Part shown: one piece after another, positions 28,439 to 37,288 of the stretch
How the letters are laid out: every line of letters starts with the position of its first letter
How positions within the stretch are numbered: position 1 is the stretch's first letter
Translations under genes and position numbers: made by a program
The notes under the pieces: generated by a model
What the model was told of the DNA's origin: nothing
What the model saw: the letters and a program-made list of their open reading frames with translations, nothing else
Database searches by the model: none
Virus record (IMG/VR): IMGVR_UViG_3300025707_000004
Length of the DNA: 64,000 nt
Strand: one strand, 5' to 3'
Source of the DNA: a virus

Positions 28439-28888
28439 ATGCGCAGCGCCCGAAAAGCCCATGTCCTGGAGAAGCTCGCCAAGCTGCGGGTCATCGGTGA
28501 CGTGAGCCCCGAGAATGTGGCCGCGCTTGAGCAGTTGCAGAGCAAGCCAAAGAAGAAGAAGACCTATCCGATTTCTCGGTTCATGACGTCTCCCCTCGCT
28601 TCGGGTTCCGTTGCCGCTGTTGGTGGTGGTGTAGTGGGGCTCTTGGGGGCTAAGCGCCGTATTCAGGCAGCTGCCCGTATGGGCTACCCCATGCCGCGGT
28701 CAGCGAAAGCCACGCTCCTTCTTGGTACGCTTCTCGGTGTTGGGGCAGGCGCCGGCATTGACAGCGGGATGTCGTTCTTGCGGAACAAGGTGCGGGCTCG
28801 TGCGTTGAAGGGGAAGGCCAACCTCAATGACAAGGGTTGGTCTTCTCGTGAAGAGAAGCAGATCATCAAGAGCCTGCAGAAGAAGTAG
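28439..28888 (+). CDS. leader-bearing basic membrane-segment protein
   Basis: Leader MRSARKAHVLEKLAK, KTYPISRF motif, two hydrophobic segments, EEKQII. Confidence 0.75.
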   Translation: MRSARKAHVLEKLAKLRVIGDVSPENVAALEQLQSKPKKKKTYPISRFMTSPLASGSVAAVGGGVVGLLGAKRRIQAAARMGYPMPRSAKATLLLGTLLGVGAGAGIDSGMSFLRNKVRARALKGKANLNDKGWSSREEKQIIKSLQKK

Positions 28889-28890
28889 GG

Positions 28891-29232
28891 ATGACCCGCG
28901 CACGCAAACAGCAGGTCCTGGAGAAGCTCGCGGGCTGGCTCACCCCTAACGGGTGGGACAAGAAGCGTAAGTGGGTGCACGACCACCAGAGCACCACTGC
29001 TTCTATTGTTCGGGCGCTTGTTCCTGCCGCGCGGAATACCCGGGGTAGCAAGAGTCTGCCTCCCCCAACGTTGGGGCAGTACCGCGCTGAGCGTGCTGCA
29101 GGGGTGTCCCGTAAGCTGACCAAGGGCAAGAACTGGCACGTCACCCCTGACGCGAAGCCGCTGGTCAGTAAGGTGCCGAAGCGGCATGTAGTAACTTACA
29201 AGAAGCAGCCCCAACCTGTAGCGAGCCTGTAG
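28891..29232 (+). CDS. leader-bearing basic protein
   Basis: Leader MTRARKQQVLEKLAG. Confidence 0.7.
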   Translation: MTRARKQQVLEKLAGWLTPNGWDKKRKWVHDHQSTTASIVRALVPAARNTRGSKSLPPPTLGQYRAERAAGVSRKLTKGKNWHVTPDAKPLVSKVPKRHVVTYKKQPQPVASL

Positions 29233-30890
29233 TGGACAAGCTCATCACTTTCTCTGGCGTCTCCTCTACGGGGGAGCCCCTCGTCCAGGCGTTGTTCCCT
29301 GACGTCGACGACGGGAAGGTGAAGGTTGCATCCTTCAGCCGTCTCCACCCGGAGATGCAGAAGTACGTCGACAGTTACAAGCCGCGCCCCGGCAAGCTGT
29401 GCGTCCTGGTCAACGCCCTCGGTGCGGGTGAGTACTACGGCTCCAACGTCAACGCGGATTACTTCGAGGAGTCGGAACTCGACCCGCAGGAGTTCAAGGG
29501 GCTCCCGGTCGACGTCAACCACCCGAGCCTGTACGGGCACCAGACGTTTCTCCGCGCGAACGTCTTCAGGCACCACAAGAACAAAGACCCCGGCATCACC
29601 TACGGGCAGATCGTAAAGGTCGTCTACAACGAGGTTATGCACCGCGTCGAACTCATCATTGAGATTGACCGACGCCGTGCTGAGGAGCTGGGGTACCAGG
29701 ACCTCTTGTCGGAGCTGGATGCGGGCGGCCACCCAGCCGTAAGCATGGGTGCGCGGGTCAAGTACGACGTCTGCAGCATCTGCGGCAACAAGTCGTTCAC
29801 GCGCGCTGACTACTGCAACGACATGAAGATGATGCGCAATCAGGTCCTCCCTGATGGCCGCAAGGTGTTCGTGTACAACCCGAAGCCGAAGTTCTTCGAC
29901 CTGAGCTTCGTCATCATCGGTGCAGACAAGACCAGCTACGCCATGCTCAAGGTGGCCTACGCCCAGGAGGCGTTGCAGCACGGCCTGTCGGCTGACGCTG
30001 CGGCTGTAGCCGGAACGGGCCGAGACTTCGACCGCCGCATCCTCTTGCAGAAGATGGCGGAGGTCCAGAAGAAGGCCACCATCACCAAGCGCATCCCTTC
30101 GCTGGCCCATGGCCTCAGTCCGCACCTTGCTTCCCGTGAGCCCGACATGGACATGGGGCAGATGCAGGAGCTGGCGAGGCAGCCAATCGAGCGGACCCTC
30201 ACCAGTACCGGCGCTGCTGGGATGGTGTTGAAGCCCTCGGAGTTCCAGACCATCGTGCTCATCAAGATGCGCCAGCCCCGTTTGGCGCGCGAGATGTGGG
30301 ACGGCGGTCAGTGCTTCGCCCCTGAGTCCGGTGCGGATATGGGGATGCGTTGGGGGAGCCCCCGCGATTATCAGCCGCTAATAACGCGCGCCCTGAGTCG
30401 CATCCTCGGACGTCGTAGTGCGCTGGGTGAAGACCCCGGTGTAGGCCGCCCTCGCTGCATCGTTCGCGTTGTCCGGCCGGTCGAAAGTAACACCCCTCTT
30501 CTCACGAAGGTGGCCGAGGGTTACAACGGATACAGAATTCAGCTTCTGGAGAAGGCACCTTCTCTAGTAAGCTCAGTGACAAGTAGAGACGGAGACCTGC
30601 TATCAACCGTCTTCGGCGAAGTGCTTGAAGGTTCGTTGCTGGGTTTGGAAAAGAGCGCTGGGATCCCCCCCGAGCTACTGACCGACACCAGCCTTGCTTA
30701 CCTTTATGGGGCTCACCACCAAGGTTTCGGTGGGCTTACGAAGAGCGCTTCCGCTGTTGATGAGTTCGTTGAGCGGCATCCCGTGCTGGCGGCATCGCTT
30801 CTGCTCGGTTTGGTTCGACTTGGGAACCAACTGCACAGGACTGGAAAGCTCGGTCAGCTTTTGCATGCAGGTCTAGCTAAGCTGACCTGA
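29232..30890 (+). CDS. putative prohead (capsid maturation) protease with Zn finger
   Basis: RHHKNKD...GQIV, VSMGARVKYDVCSICGN and FFDLSFVIIGAD resemble the His/Ser motifs of HK97/assemblin-type proteases. Lies upstream of the scaffold and MCP. Confidence 0.65.
   Translation: MDKLITFSGVSSTGEPLVQALFPDVDDGKVKVASFSRLHPEMQKYVDSYKPRPGKLCVLVNALGAGEYYGSNVNADYFEESELDPQEFKGLPVDVNHPSLYGHQTFLRANVFRHHKNKDPGITYGQIVKVVYNEVMHRVELIIEIDRRRAEELGYQDLLSELDAGGHPAVSMGARVKYDVCSICGNKSFTRADYCNDMKMMRNQVLPDGRKVFVYNPKPKFFDLSFVIIGADKTSYAMLKVAYAQEALQHGLSADAAAVAGTGRDFDRRILLQKMAEVQKKATITKRIPSLAHGLSPHLASREPDMDMGQMQELARQPIERTLTSTGAAGMVLKPSEFQTIVLIKMRQPRLAREMWDGGQCFAPESGADMGMRWGSPRDYQPLITRALSRILGRRSALGEDPGVGRPRCIVRVVRPVESNTPLLTKVAEGYNGYRIQLLEKAPSLVSSVTSRDGDLLSTVFGEVLEGSLLGLEKSAGIPPELLTDTSLAYLYGAHHQGFGGLTKSASAVDEFVERHPVLAASLLLGLVRLGNQLHRTGKLGQLLHAGLAKLT
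30369..30383. repeat. TATCAG-CCG-CTAATA (1-mismatch palindrome copy)
   Basis: Read directly. Inside a CDS. Confidence 0.75.
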
Positions 30891-30964
30891 TTGAGCGCAC
30901 CTAGACTCGGAGAACCGGGTCGACGATGATGCCCTCGCTCTGACATTCAAAAAGGGATTCAAAA

Positions 30965-31603
30965 ATGAGCAACAGTTTTGTTGACCAGCTCCTGTCCGGT
31001 GGTACCGACCACGGCGAGCTGGAGAAGATCGCGGGCCCTGAGGCCCTCAACGTGCTCGAAGAGCTGGAGAAGACCGCGGCTGCTGAGGGCATCGACCTCG
31101 GCCAGTTCACGGACGACCAGATCGTCGAGATGATTCGTCAGACCATGGGCGAAGAGGTCGGCGAGCAGGTCGCTGCCGCTCCTGGTGGCGAAGAGGGCGT
31201 GGAGAAGGTGGCTTCGGCTCCCGGCAACGACCTCCCCGCTGGCGTCGACATGGAGAAGGTCGCTGCGGCGGACTACCTCGGTCGCGTTCAGGCGCACGCC
31301 ATGGCTGAAGAGCTGGCGGGCATCTGGGGCCAGGGTGACGACGGCATGGACAAGGTCGCGAGTGTCGAGGACATCACCGAGGACGAGTTCAACCAACTCG
31401 CCGCGATGAACGCCAACGACATCTTGGAGCAGCTCGGCGCGCTGGAGGGTGACACCCTGGAGCAGACCGAGGGCCGCGAGAAGGTCGCTTCGCTCTCGTT
31501 CGACGAGGAGCTGACCGACCTGCTTGGCAACCGCACCGCGGAGCTGCTTGACGCGGCCGGCTGGGATGTGGACGCCATCGCTGCGGCGTTCGACGAGGAG
31601 TAA
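30965..31603 (+). CDS. acidic scaffold-like protein with six (E/D)K-x-A repeats
   Basis: ELEKIA, ELEKTA, VEKVAS, MEKVAA, MDKVAS and REKVAS. Lies between the protease and the MCP. Confidence 0.6.
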   Translation: MSNSFVDQLLSGGTDHGELEKIAGPEALNVLEELEKTAAAEGIDLGQFTDDQIVEMIRQTMGEEVGEQVAAAPGGEEGVEKVASAPGNDLPAGVDMEKVAAADYLGRVQAHAMAEELAGIWGQGDDGMDKVASVEDITEDEFNQLAAMNANDILEQLGALEGDTLEQTEGREKVASLSFDEELTDLLGNRTAELLDAAGWDVDAIAAAFDEE

Positions 31604-31625
31604 TCCTCATCGGGTCCGCTTGAAG

Positions 31626-31660
31626 AAGGGCGGGGGAAGCAATTCTCCCGTCCTTTTTTC
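31626..31660 (+). terminator. intrinsic terminator
   Basis: Hairpin AAGGGCGGGGGA...TCTCCCGTCCTT followed by a T-run. Confidence 0.7.
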
Positions 31661-31680
31661 TGACTACCGCTTCGACAAAT

Positions 31681-31695
31681 TATTAGCCGGTAATA
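31681..31695. repeat. TATTAG-CCG-GTAATA (1-mismatch palindrome copy)
   Basis: Read directly. Intergenic. Confidence 0.75.
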
Positions 31696-31733
31696 CTCTA
31701 AGAACTGTCGAAGTAGCGCCTACCTGAAAGAGA

Positions 31734-32348
31734 GTGGTGATGAACCAGTCGGTCAGAGACATGATTGAACGCCTCGGTGGCGCTCCCGAGTCTGCAAGCG
31801 TTCCTACGGATTCTGTCGTTGAGACGGATTACGTGGAGAAGCTGGCGTCGGCTTGCGAAGAGGTCCTGAGCACGGGCTTCGCCTTCACCGCTGATGCCCC
31901 GGCTGCTCCCACCTTCGACCCGCAGCTGGTCGTTGGGGGCGTTATCGCTCGCATGAAGGAGAAGCAGGCGTCGGTGGCCGATGACCGCCGGTCGCACATC
32001 ACAACCAAGGTTCTGGCCAAGTTGGCCGCCGTTGAAGCCGCGCAAGCGGTCGCAGCCCCTGATGAGCCCCCGCCCCCGCCTGAAGAGGCTGGAGAGGCGG
32101 AAGAGGACCAGGAAGCTGCCGCGGAGGCCCAGGCCGAAATGAGCGAAGACGAGAACCTGGAGCACTTGTCCCTTTCGGACGTGCTTCAGGATGCTCTCGG
32201 AGCGGGTACCTCCGACGCGAGCCCTGACCAACAGGCAGGGGCCGAGACCGGTGATGAGGCAACCAGCGACATCGGGGACAAGGTGAGGCAGAGCCTCATC
32301 AAGAAGCTGAAAGTTCGGGTCCACCCTGAGCAGCAGCGAGGAGCGTGA
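31734..32348 (+). CDS. acidic scaffold-like head protein
   Basis: VEKLAS, EKQAS and AKLAA motifs, in the head cluster. Confidence 0.55.
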   Translation: MVMNQSVRDMIERLGGAPESASVPTDSVVETDYVEKLASACEEVLSTGFAFTADAPAAPTFDPQLVVGGVIARMKEKQASVADDRRSHITTKVLAKLAAVEAAQAVAAPDEPPPPPEEAGEAEEDQEAAAEAQAEMSEDENLEHLSLSDVLQDALGAGTSDASPDQQAGAETGDEATSDIGDKVRQSLIKKLKVRVHPEQQRGA

Positions 32349-32349
32349 G

Positions 32350-32709
32350 ATGTTGACCAAAGAGGCAGCTCAGGAAGTTATGGCCGCGGTTCCGGGGGTT
32401 CTTCGTGCCTTGGTGGCGGAGCGCGACGCGCTTCGTGCCGAGAACGACGGGCTGAAGGAGAAGCAGGCATCGGCTGACCTTGCCGGAGACGTGGTCGACC
32501 TGATGGAGTCGCGTGGTCTTGGAGAGGCGGGCATGTCCCGCAAGGAAAAGATTGCGGCTCTTCTGATCTCAGGACGTGACCTCAACGTGCTGCAACAGGC
32601 GGTCTCGATGCAGGCGCCAGAGATGTCGTTTTCCAAAGTTGCTAGTTCAGCGTCCGAGGGGGGCCAGAGCGGAGACCGCTTTGAGTCCTACCTTCGTGGC
32701 GGGAACTAG
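32350..32709 (+). CDS. coiled-coil scaffold-like head protein
   Basis: TKEAA, EKQAS, EKIAA and SKVAS motifs. GGAG RBS. Confidence 0.55.
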   Translation: MLTKEAAQEVMAAVPGVLRALVAERDALRAENDGLKEKQASADLAGDVVDLMESRGLGEAGMSRKEKIAALLISGRDLNVLQQAVSMQAPEMSFSKVASSASEGGQSGDRFESYLRGGN

Positions 32710-32737
32710 AGTTCAGACGTACAAGGAGAAATAAAAA

Positions 32738-33331
32738 ATGGCTGTTAAGCCAATTTCTGCCACGCGTCGCCGCAACGTCAAGCCGGTCTCTTCCATTATC
32801 CGCGCCAACCTGACGCGTGATATTGACTGCAGTGCGATGGCCTTCCCCCCTGAGGATGGTCAGTTCGTGATGGTCAACGGAGAAGTCGGTTCCAACCTTG
32901 CGGTGGCCGATGGTGTGTTCGTTGGCGCCAATGTCGCTGGCGTTACCGCTACGACCATCGAGGCTTCTGGCCTCCGTATGGTGTGGGCCTCGGCCCTGCG
33001 TAGCGACCGGTCGGCGAGTGGCGACAAGCGTGTGCCCGTCATCTGGATGGGGCCGTTGGAGATTGAAACCAATCTCTACCTGCTCGCTGACGATGGCGAG
33101 GACAACAACCACGTCAGCAACTTCGCCGAGGGCAACCTCGTCTCGGTGGCTGAGGCCAACGTCGCCGTGGAGGGTTCGCTGAACCGTCTGCTGCTGACTC
33201 CGCTGCCCCATGGTTCCGCCGGCTGGGCTGTCGGGCAGGTCACGCGCAGTTCCGCCGTCAAGGGCGCCTCGGGCGTCAAGATTCGCGTCATGCTCTACGA
33301 CATGCCACGCTTCGTCGGCGAGAGGATTTAG
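32738..33331 (+). CDS. putative head decoration/cement protein
   Basis: Strong AAGGAG RBS, beta-rich, immediately upstream of the MCP. Confidence 0.5.
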   Translation: MAVKPISATRRRNVKPVSSIIRANLTRDIDCSAMAFPPEDGQFVMVNGEVGSNLAVADGVFVGANVAGVTATTIEASGLRMVWASALRSDRSASGDKRVPVIWMGPLEIETNLYLLADDGEDNNHVSNFAEGNLVSVAEANVAVEGSLNRLLLTPLPHGSAGWAVGQVTRSSAVKGASGVKIRVMLYDMPRFVGERI

Positions 33332-33334
33332 TCG

Positions 33335-34531
33335 ATGAGTGTTGCAAATGACGCCCTGAACGCCCTCTTCGCGCAGAAGCTCGATACGGCTGAAGGCAAA
33401 GAGAAGATCGCCGCCTACGGTTCGGACTGGATTCGGGACCGCCTCCGCGAGGAGTCGTTCGCTCGGAAGATCCTGCCGCCACGTCAGGTCGGACGCAGTG
33501 AGCTGCAGGTGTCGGTGAACCACGACACCCTGATCAAGATCGTCGAGACTGAGCCGGAAAGTCGTGCCATGAGCATGTCGTTCCGTGGTCAGCCCGACGT
33601 GAACTACTACACGGCGAGCCGGTTCGAGGTGCCCTTCCACGAGGTGGGTTCCCCGCGGTTCGAGCAGACGACCCAGGAGCTGGCCGCCTACACGATCCCC
33701 GTCACGGCGATCATCAAGCGGCACATCGTCAACGACATCCAGGAGGTTGAGGACGTCACGTTCTTGAACCACGTGGAGTCGGCGTGTCAGTCGCTGCAGG
33801 AGGACGCCAACGGGCTGGTCTTCGGCGCGGTCTACGCGGACGATGACGCTTTCTCGGCTTTCAACGTTGCCCAGGGCACCGTGAAGGAGCTGGGCAAGGT
33901 CAAGGGAATCGACGTCATCCAACAGTCCGCCGCGGCCAACGCCGAGGATGGTCTGGACGAGGACCTCATCTTCCCGCTGCAGAAGGACGACATCATCAAG
34001 CTGGGGAAGCTCTTCCCCGGTCGTGGTGGTGCCCGCAACGGTCGCCTGCGTGCTGAGAAGCTTCTCATCACGGACACCGACCTGATGGACGCTGCGGCGT
34101 GGACGACCTCGGACGCGGGTGACAAGATCCCCGGCGAGACGGCCGTCAGTGGTTGGAAGTACAAGTCCCTCGTGGGGCTCACGTACATCCGTACGCTGAA
34201 GACCGACATCCTGCGCCCTGGCAACCTCTACGCGTTCTGTTCGCCCGACTACCTTGGCGGGTTCCTCATCCTGAACAAGACGCAGTTCTACGCGGACAAG
34301 GAGCGCAACCGCGTTTCCTTCGAGGCGTGGGAGGACATCGCCATCTACCTCGGCAACGTCGCCGCAGTTCGCAAGTTGGAGCTGTACGCGGGTGCTGTTG
34401 AGTTGGTCGACGACGTCCTGCACAACCCGACTCCCCGGGCGGACTTCCTTCCGTTCGCTGAGAAGGACCTGGGCAAGCTGAACAACCTCGTGGAAGAGAA
34501 CATCACCTTCCCCGCGGTCTCGCAGTTCTAG
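33335..34531 (+). CDS. major capsid protein
   Basis: 398 aa. IRDRLREESFARKILPP N-terminal pattern of HK97-fold capsid proteins. Follows protease, scaffold and decoration genes, and is followed by a terminator. Confidence 0.75.
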   Translation: MSVANDALNALFAQKLDTAEGKEKIAAYGSDWIRDRLREESFARKILPPRQVGRSELQVSVNHDTLIKIVETEPESRAMSMSFRGQPDVNYYTASRFEVPFHEVGSPRFEQTTQELAAYTIPVTAIIKRHIVNDIQEVEDVTFLNHVESACQSLQEDANGLVFGAVYADDDAFSAFNVAQGTVKELGKVKGIDVIQQSAAANAEDGLDEDLIFPLQKDDIIKLGKLFPGRGGARNGRLRAEKLLITDTDLMDAAAWTTSDAGDKIPGETAVSGWKYKSLVGLTYIRTLKTDILRPGNLYAFCSPDYLGGFLILNKTQFYADKERNRVSFEAWEDIAIYLGNVAAVRKLELYAGAVELVDDVLHNPTPRADFLPFAEKDLGKLNNLVEENITFPAVSQF

Positions 34532-34545
34532 CAGCCCGCTAGAGG

Positions 34546-34575
34546 GGTGGAGGGGCTTAGTTCCCTCCACCTTTC
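34546..34575 (+). terminator. intrinsic terminator after MCP
   Basis: Hairpin GGTGGAGGG...CCCTCCACC followed by TTTCT. Confidence 0.65.
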
Positions 34576-34625
34576 TGCTACCCTCTTAGACGTGGCCGTG
34601 AGTCATTTCAAACTGAGGTAGTCAA

Positions 34626-35234
34626 ATGCCCTTCCGAATCCGACACCTTCACGAGCATCGCAACGACCCCAAGCGTCGTGGAGCGAACCGTGCGGGGAAT
34701 CTCCTGCTGCGTCGTGCCAAGGTAAACATCGGAGGCAGGGTTCTGCGCGAGGGCCGCGGCATCGTTCTCCCTGACGCGGTTGTGCTGAAGTACCTTGCTC
34801 TCCTCCTCCAGTACCGCGACGCCGGGCTGATTGAGGTCTTTCCTCTCCCCCGCACTCCGGACGAGATGTACGAGAAGCTGGGCATGACCCCGCCCGCTCT
34901 TCCGCCGGAACCTGAGCCCGAGCCGGAACCTGAGCCCGAGCCGGAACCTGAGCCTGAGCCGGAGCCCGAGCCTGAGCCGGAGCCCGAGCCGGAACCTGAG
35001 CCCGAGCCAGAGCCGGAGCCCGAGCCGGAGCCGCAGCCCGAGCCCGAGCCGCAGCCCGAGCCCGAGCCCGAGCCCGAAGAAGAGGAAGAGGAAGAGCCGG
35101 AGCCGGAAGAAGAGGAAGAGCCCGAGCAGGAAGAAGAGCCTGATGGGGACGCCCCCGCTGCAGCTCCTTCAGCCCGTAAGCGCCCCCGGGGCCGACGAGC
35201 GCGGGCGGTAGCCAAGAAGACGAAGGAAGAGTAG
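34626..35234 (+). CDS. protein with long Pro-Glu repeat
   Basis: GAGGT RBS, globular N-terminus, (PE)n tract and basic tail. Confidence 0.7.
   Translation: MPFRIRHLHEHRNDPKRRGANRAGNLLLRRAKVNIGGRVLREGRGIVLPDAVVLKYLALLLQYRDAGLIEVFPLPRTPDEMYEKLGMTPPALPPEPEPEPEPEPEPEPEPEPEPEPEPEPEPEPEPEPEPEPEPEPQPEPEPQPEPEPEPEEEEEEEPEPEEEEEPEQEEEPDGDAPAAAPSARKRPRGRRARAVAKKTKEE
34905..35140 (+). repeat. 6-nt-period coding tandem repeat (CCN GAR)n encoding (PE)n
   Basis: Read directly. Confidence 0.9.
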
Positions 35235-35240
35235 GCCACC

Positions 35241-35585
35241 ATGCGAGGAAAGAGCCCCACCTTCCGCGTCAAGAACCTGAGTACCCGGGCGTTTCACGTC
35301 AAGAGCATGTACTTCGCTGGGCAGAGTGAGCAGAACCTGAGCACCTCCCTGCGTGACGTCGTCGAGCGGCTGATTGCCAAGGGGCTCCCTCTCCAGATTC
35401 AGGACATGGAGCCGCCTAAGGCGCCTGAGCCCGAGGTTGTGCCGGAGGCCGAGACGGTCCCGGCCCCTCCTGTCGAGCCCGAGCCGGAAGAAGCAGAAGA
35501 AGCGGCCGAGGTACCCAGGCCGGTCACGCGCAAGCGCCCACGTCGGAAGAGCGGGGCCAAAGCCAAGGCCAAGGCGGCTGAGTAA
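35241..35585 (+). CDS. hypothetical protein (Pro/Glu linker, basic tail)
   Basis: Same overall layout as the upstream gene. Confidence 0.6.
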   Translation: MRGKSPTFRVKNLSTRAFHVKSMYFAGQSEQNLSTSLRDVVERLIAKGLPLQIQDMEPPKAPEPEVVPEAETVPAPPVEPEPEEAEEAAEVPRPVTRKRPRRKSGAKAKAKAAE

Positions 35586-36130
35586 TGTCGGGCGTTGAGC
35601 AAGACCCAAAGGACCCGTCCACCATCCCGACAGGGCCGGGTGCGGCGATTGCGCAGGGGCCGCCGAAGAAGCTGCTCGATGCGATTACCCTCATCCGCGC
35701 GAAGCTCCGCGACTACCCGGAGCTGAACAGGTTGGTCGCGGGGCAGGAGAACAGCGACCGGCAGATAGCCTTCGCTGTCATGTACTGCGTGGACGACTGG
35801 AACTGCACCCCGCCGCTTATCGAGGACACGACGCTGGCGTCCTTCCCCTCGATGGCGCTTCTCATTGACGGGTCCATCGTCCAGGTCCTGCAGTCGGTGG
35901 GCCTGCTCCAGATGCGCAACCACATGCGGTACAGCGACGGCCAGGGCATGCAGGTCAGTACCTCCGACAAGGCCCCCCAGCTGATGGGGTGGGCCAACCT
36001 CTTTTCGCAGGGGTACGAGGCGAAGAAGATGCGCCTCAAGCGTGCCCTCAACCTCCAGGGCTCCCTGAACGGAAGTGGCCTGCCTTCGGAGTACACTTAC
36101 ATCAACGGCTGGTTCTCGGACGGGGAATAG
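35585..36130 (+). CDS. head-tail adaptor/connector protein
   Basis: Helical 181 aa protein downstream of the MCP, with IRAKLRDYPELNRL...DWNCTPP and YSDG motifs. Confidence 0.5.
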   Translation: MSGVEQDPKDPSTIPTGPGAAIAQGPPKKLLDAITLIRAKLRDYPELNRLVAGQENSDRQIAFAVMYCVDDWNCTPPLIEDTTLASFPSMALLIDGSIVQVLQSVGLLQMRNHMRYSDGQGMQVSTSDKAPQLMGWANLFSQGYEAKKMRLKRALNLQGSLNGSGLPSEYTYINGWFSDGE

Positions 36131-36132
36131 AC

Positions 36133-36498
36133 ATGGCAGCGCTCAAACCACAGGACCGGCCATCAGCTCGGTTCGACTTCACCACCGCGGCGGAGGCCGT
36201 AGACGTGTTGGTCGCGGGTGCGGAGTTCTTCCGGCGCTTCATGGTCCACATCGACGGCGGCGTCCAGGACGCCCAGGATGTCGACATCAAGGTCTCGCTG
36301 AATGGGACGGACTTCCCGGTGTTGCTGACCGCTATCGCGGCGACTGTAAATGGCGCCCCCGGCGTCGTCTTCCAGTTCGAGCTACAGACTATCCCCCGCA
36401 ACGGAATGAAGATTGCCTTCGCCAACAACGCAGCGGGCGGCAAAATTCACGTGATGATGTATGAGAACCCCTCGTACATTGCGCGTCACCAGAACTAG
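36133..36498 (+). CDS. putative virion protein
   Basis: ATG 36133. Beta-rich, 121 aa. Confidence 0.55.
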   Translation: MAALKPQDRPSARFDFTTAAEAVDVLVAGAEFFRRFMVHIDGGVQDAQDVDIKVSLNGTDFPVLLTAIAATVNGAPGVVFQFELQTIPRNGMKIAFANNAAGGKIHVMMYENPSYIARHQN

Positions 36499-36511
36499 GG
36501 GAGGGGTACCG

Positions 36512-37282
36512 ATGACTGAGCACAACCCGCTGACCGAGTACCTCGAAAAGGAAGCCTCGACGATGTCTGAGAAGCAGTGGCACGACGGAGCGCGATTCTT
36601 CATTTCTCTCCGCGAGTCTCAGGTGCCCGACGAGGACCGGTATACCGCCATCGTCAAGGAGGCCAGCCTCAAGTGGCTCGCTGGAGCGGCACGTCAGGCG
36701 GGGAAGGACGCGGGCTCCTCGGGGAAGAAGATCAAGGACATCCTCGGCAAGCCCTCGCTCGGCGAGCGCATCGGCGAGAAGTTCCACGACATCAAGGGCG
36801 GCATCGGCGACGTCCGGATGAAGATTCGCGACGCGGAGCGGAAGCACCTCTACAGCCGCATCCCGTTCGTGGGTCCGAGCCGCGAGACCAAGCTCCGCTG
36901 GCTGGCTGAGCGGCACGACACGGACTTCGCTACCCGTAAGGGCATCGAGGCCCTGCTGGGTGGCATCAAGAACGCCAAGATTTCAAAGGGCCACAAAGCC
37001 CTTGGAGACGCCCGGCGGGTCATGCGAGGCAAGGGCCTCACGGGCAAGCTCAACCGTCTTGACGGCTCTGGCCTGCTCCCGGGTGGGAAGAGCGTCGAGG
37101 ATACGGTGAAGGGCCAGTACGCCGCGTTCAAGGCGGGCCGAGCGGGCAAGATGGACGCCGCGCGGAAGAAGCGCATCCTTCGTGGTGCTGCTGTCGGCGG
37201 AGGTGCCCTGGCTGGCGGGGTCACGCTGGGCGCGCTGCTGAAGGGCAAGAAGAAGAGTTCGGACCAGGAGAACTGGAGCTAA
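36512..37282 (+). CDS. basic putative internal protein with KEAS motifs
   Basis: GGAGG RBS. LEKEAS and VKEAS motifs. C-terminal Gly-rich hydrophobic segment. Confidence 0.6.
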   Translation: MTEHNPLTEYLEKEASTMSEKQWHDGARFFISLRESQVPDEDRYTAIVKEASLKWLAGAARQAGKDAGSSGKKIKDILGKPSLGERIGEKFHDIKGGIGDVRMKIRDAERKHLYSRIPFVGPSRETKLRWLAERHDTDFATRKGIEALLGGIKNAKISKGHKALGDARRVMRGKGLTGKLNRLDGSGLLPGGKSVEDTVKGQYAAFKAGRAGKMDAARKKRILRGAAVGGGALAGGVTLGALLKGKKKSSDQENWS

Positions 37283-37288
37283 GCACGC

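Noticed and set aside
32642-34570. Long antisense ORFs (also 19944-21704, 26466-28181, 51016-52761, 17382-18815)
   Set aside because: They lie opposite well-supported genes and are typical stop-poor shadows in GC-rich DNA, with no recognisable motifs.
34649-35272. Minus-strand (GS)n ORF
   Set aside because: Antisense shadow of the (PE)n repeat gene.
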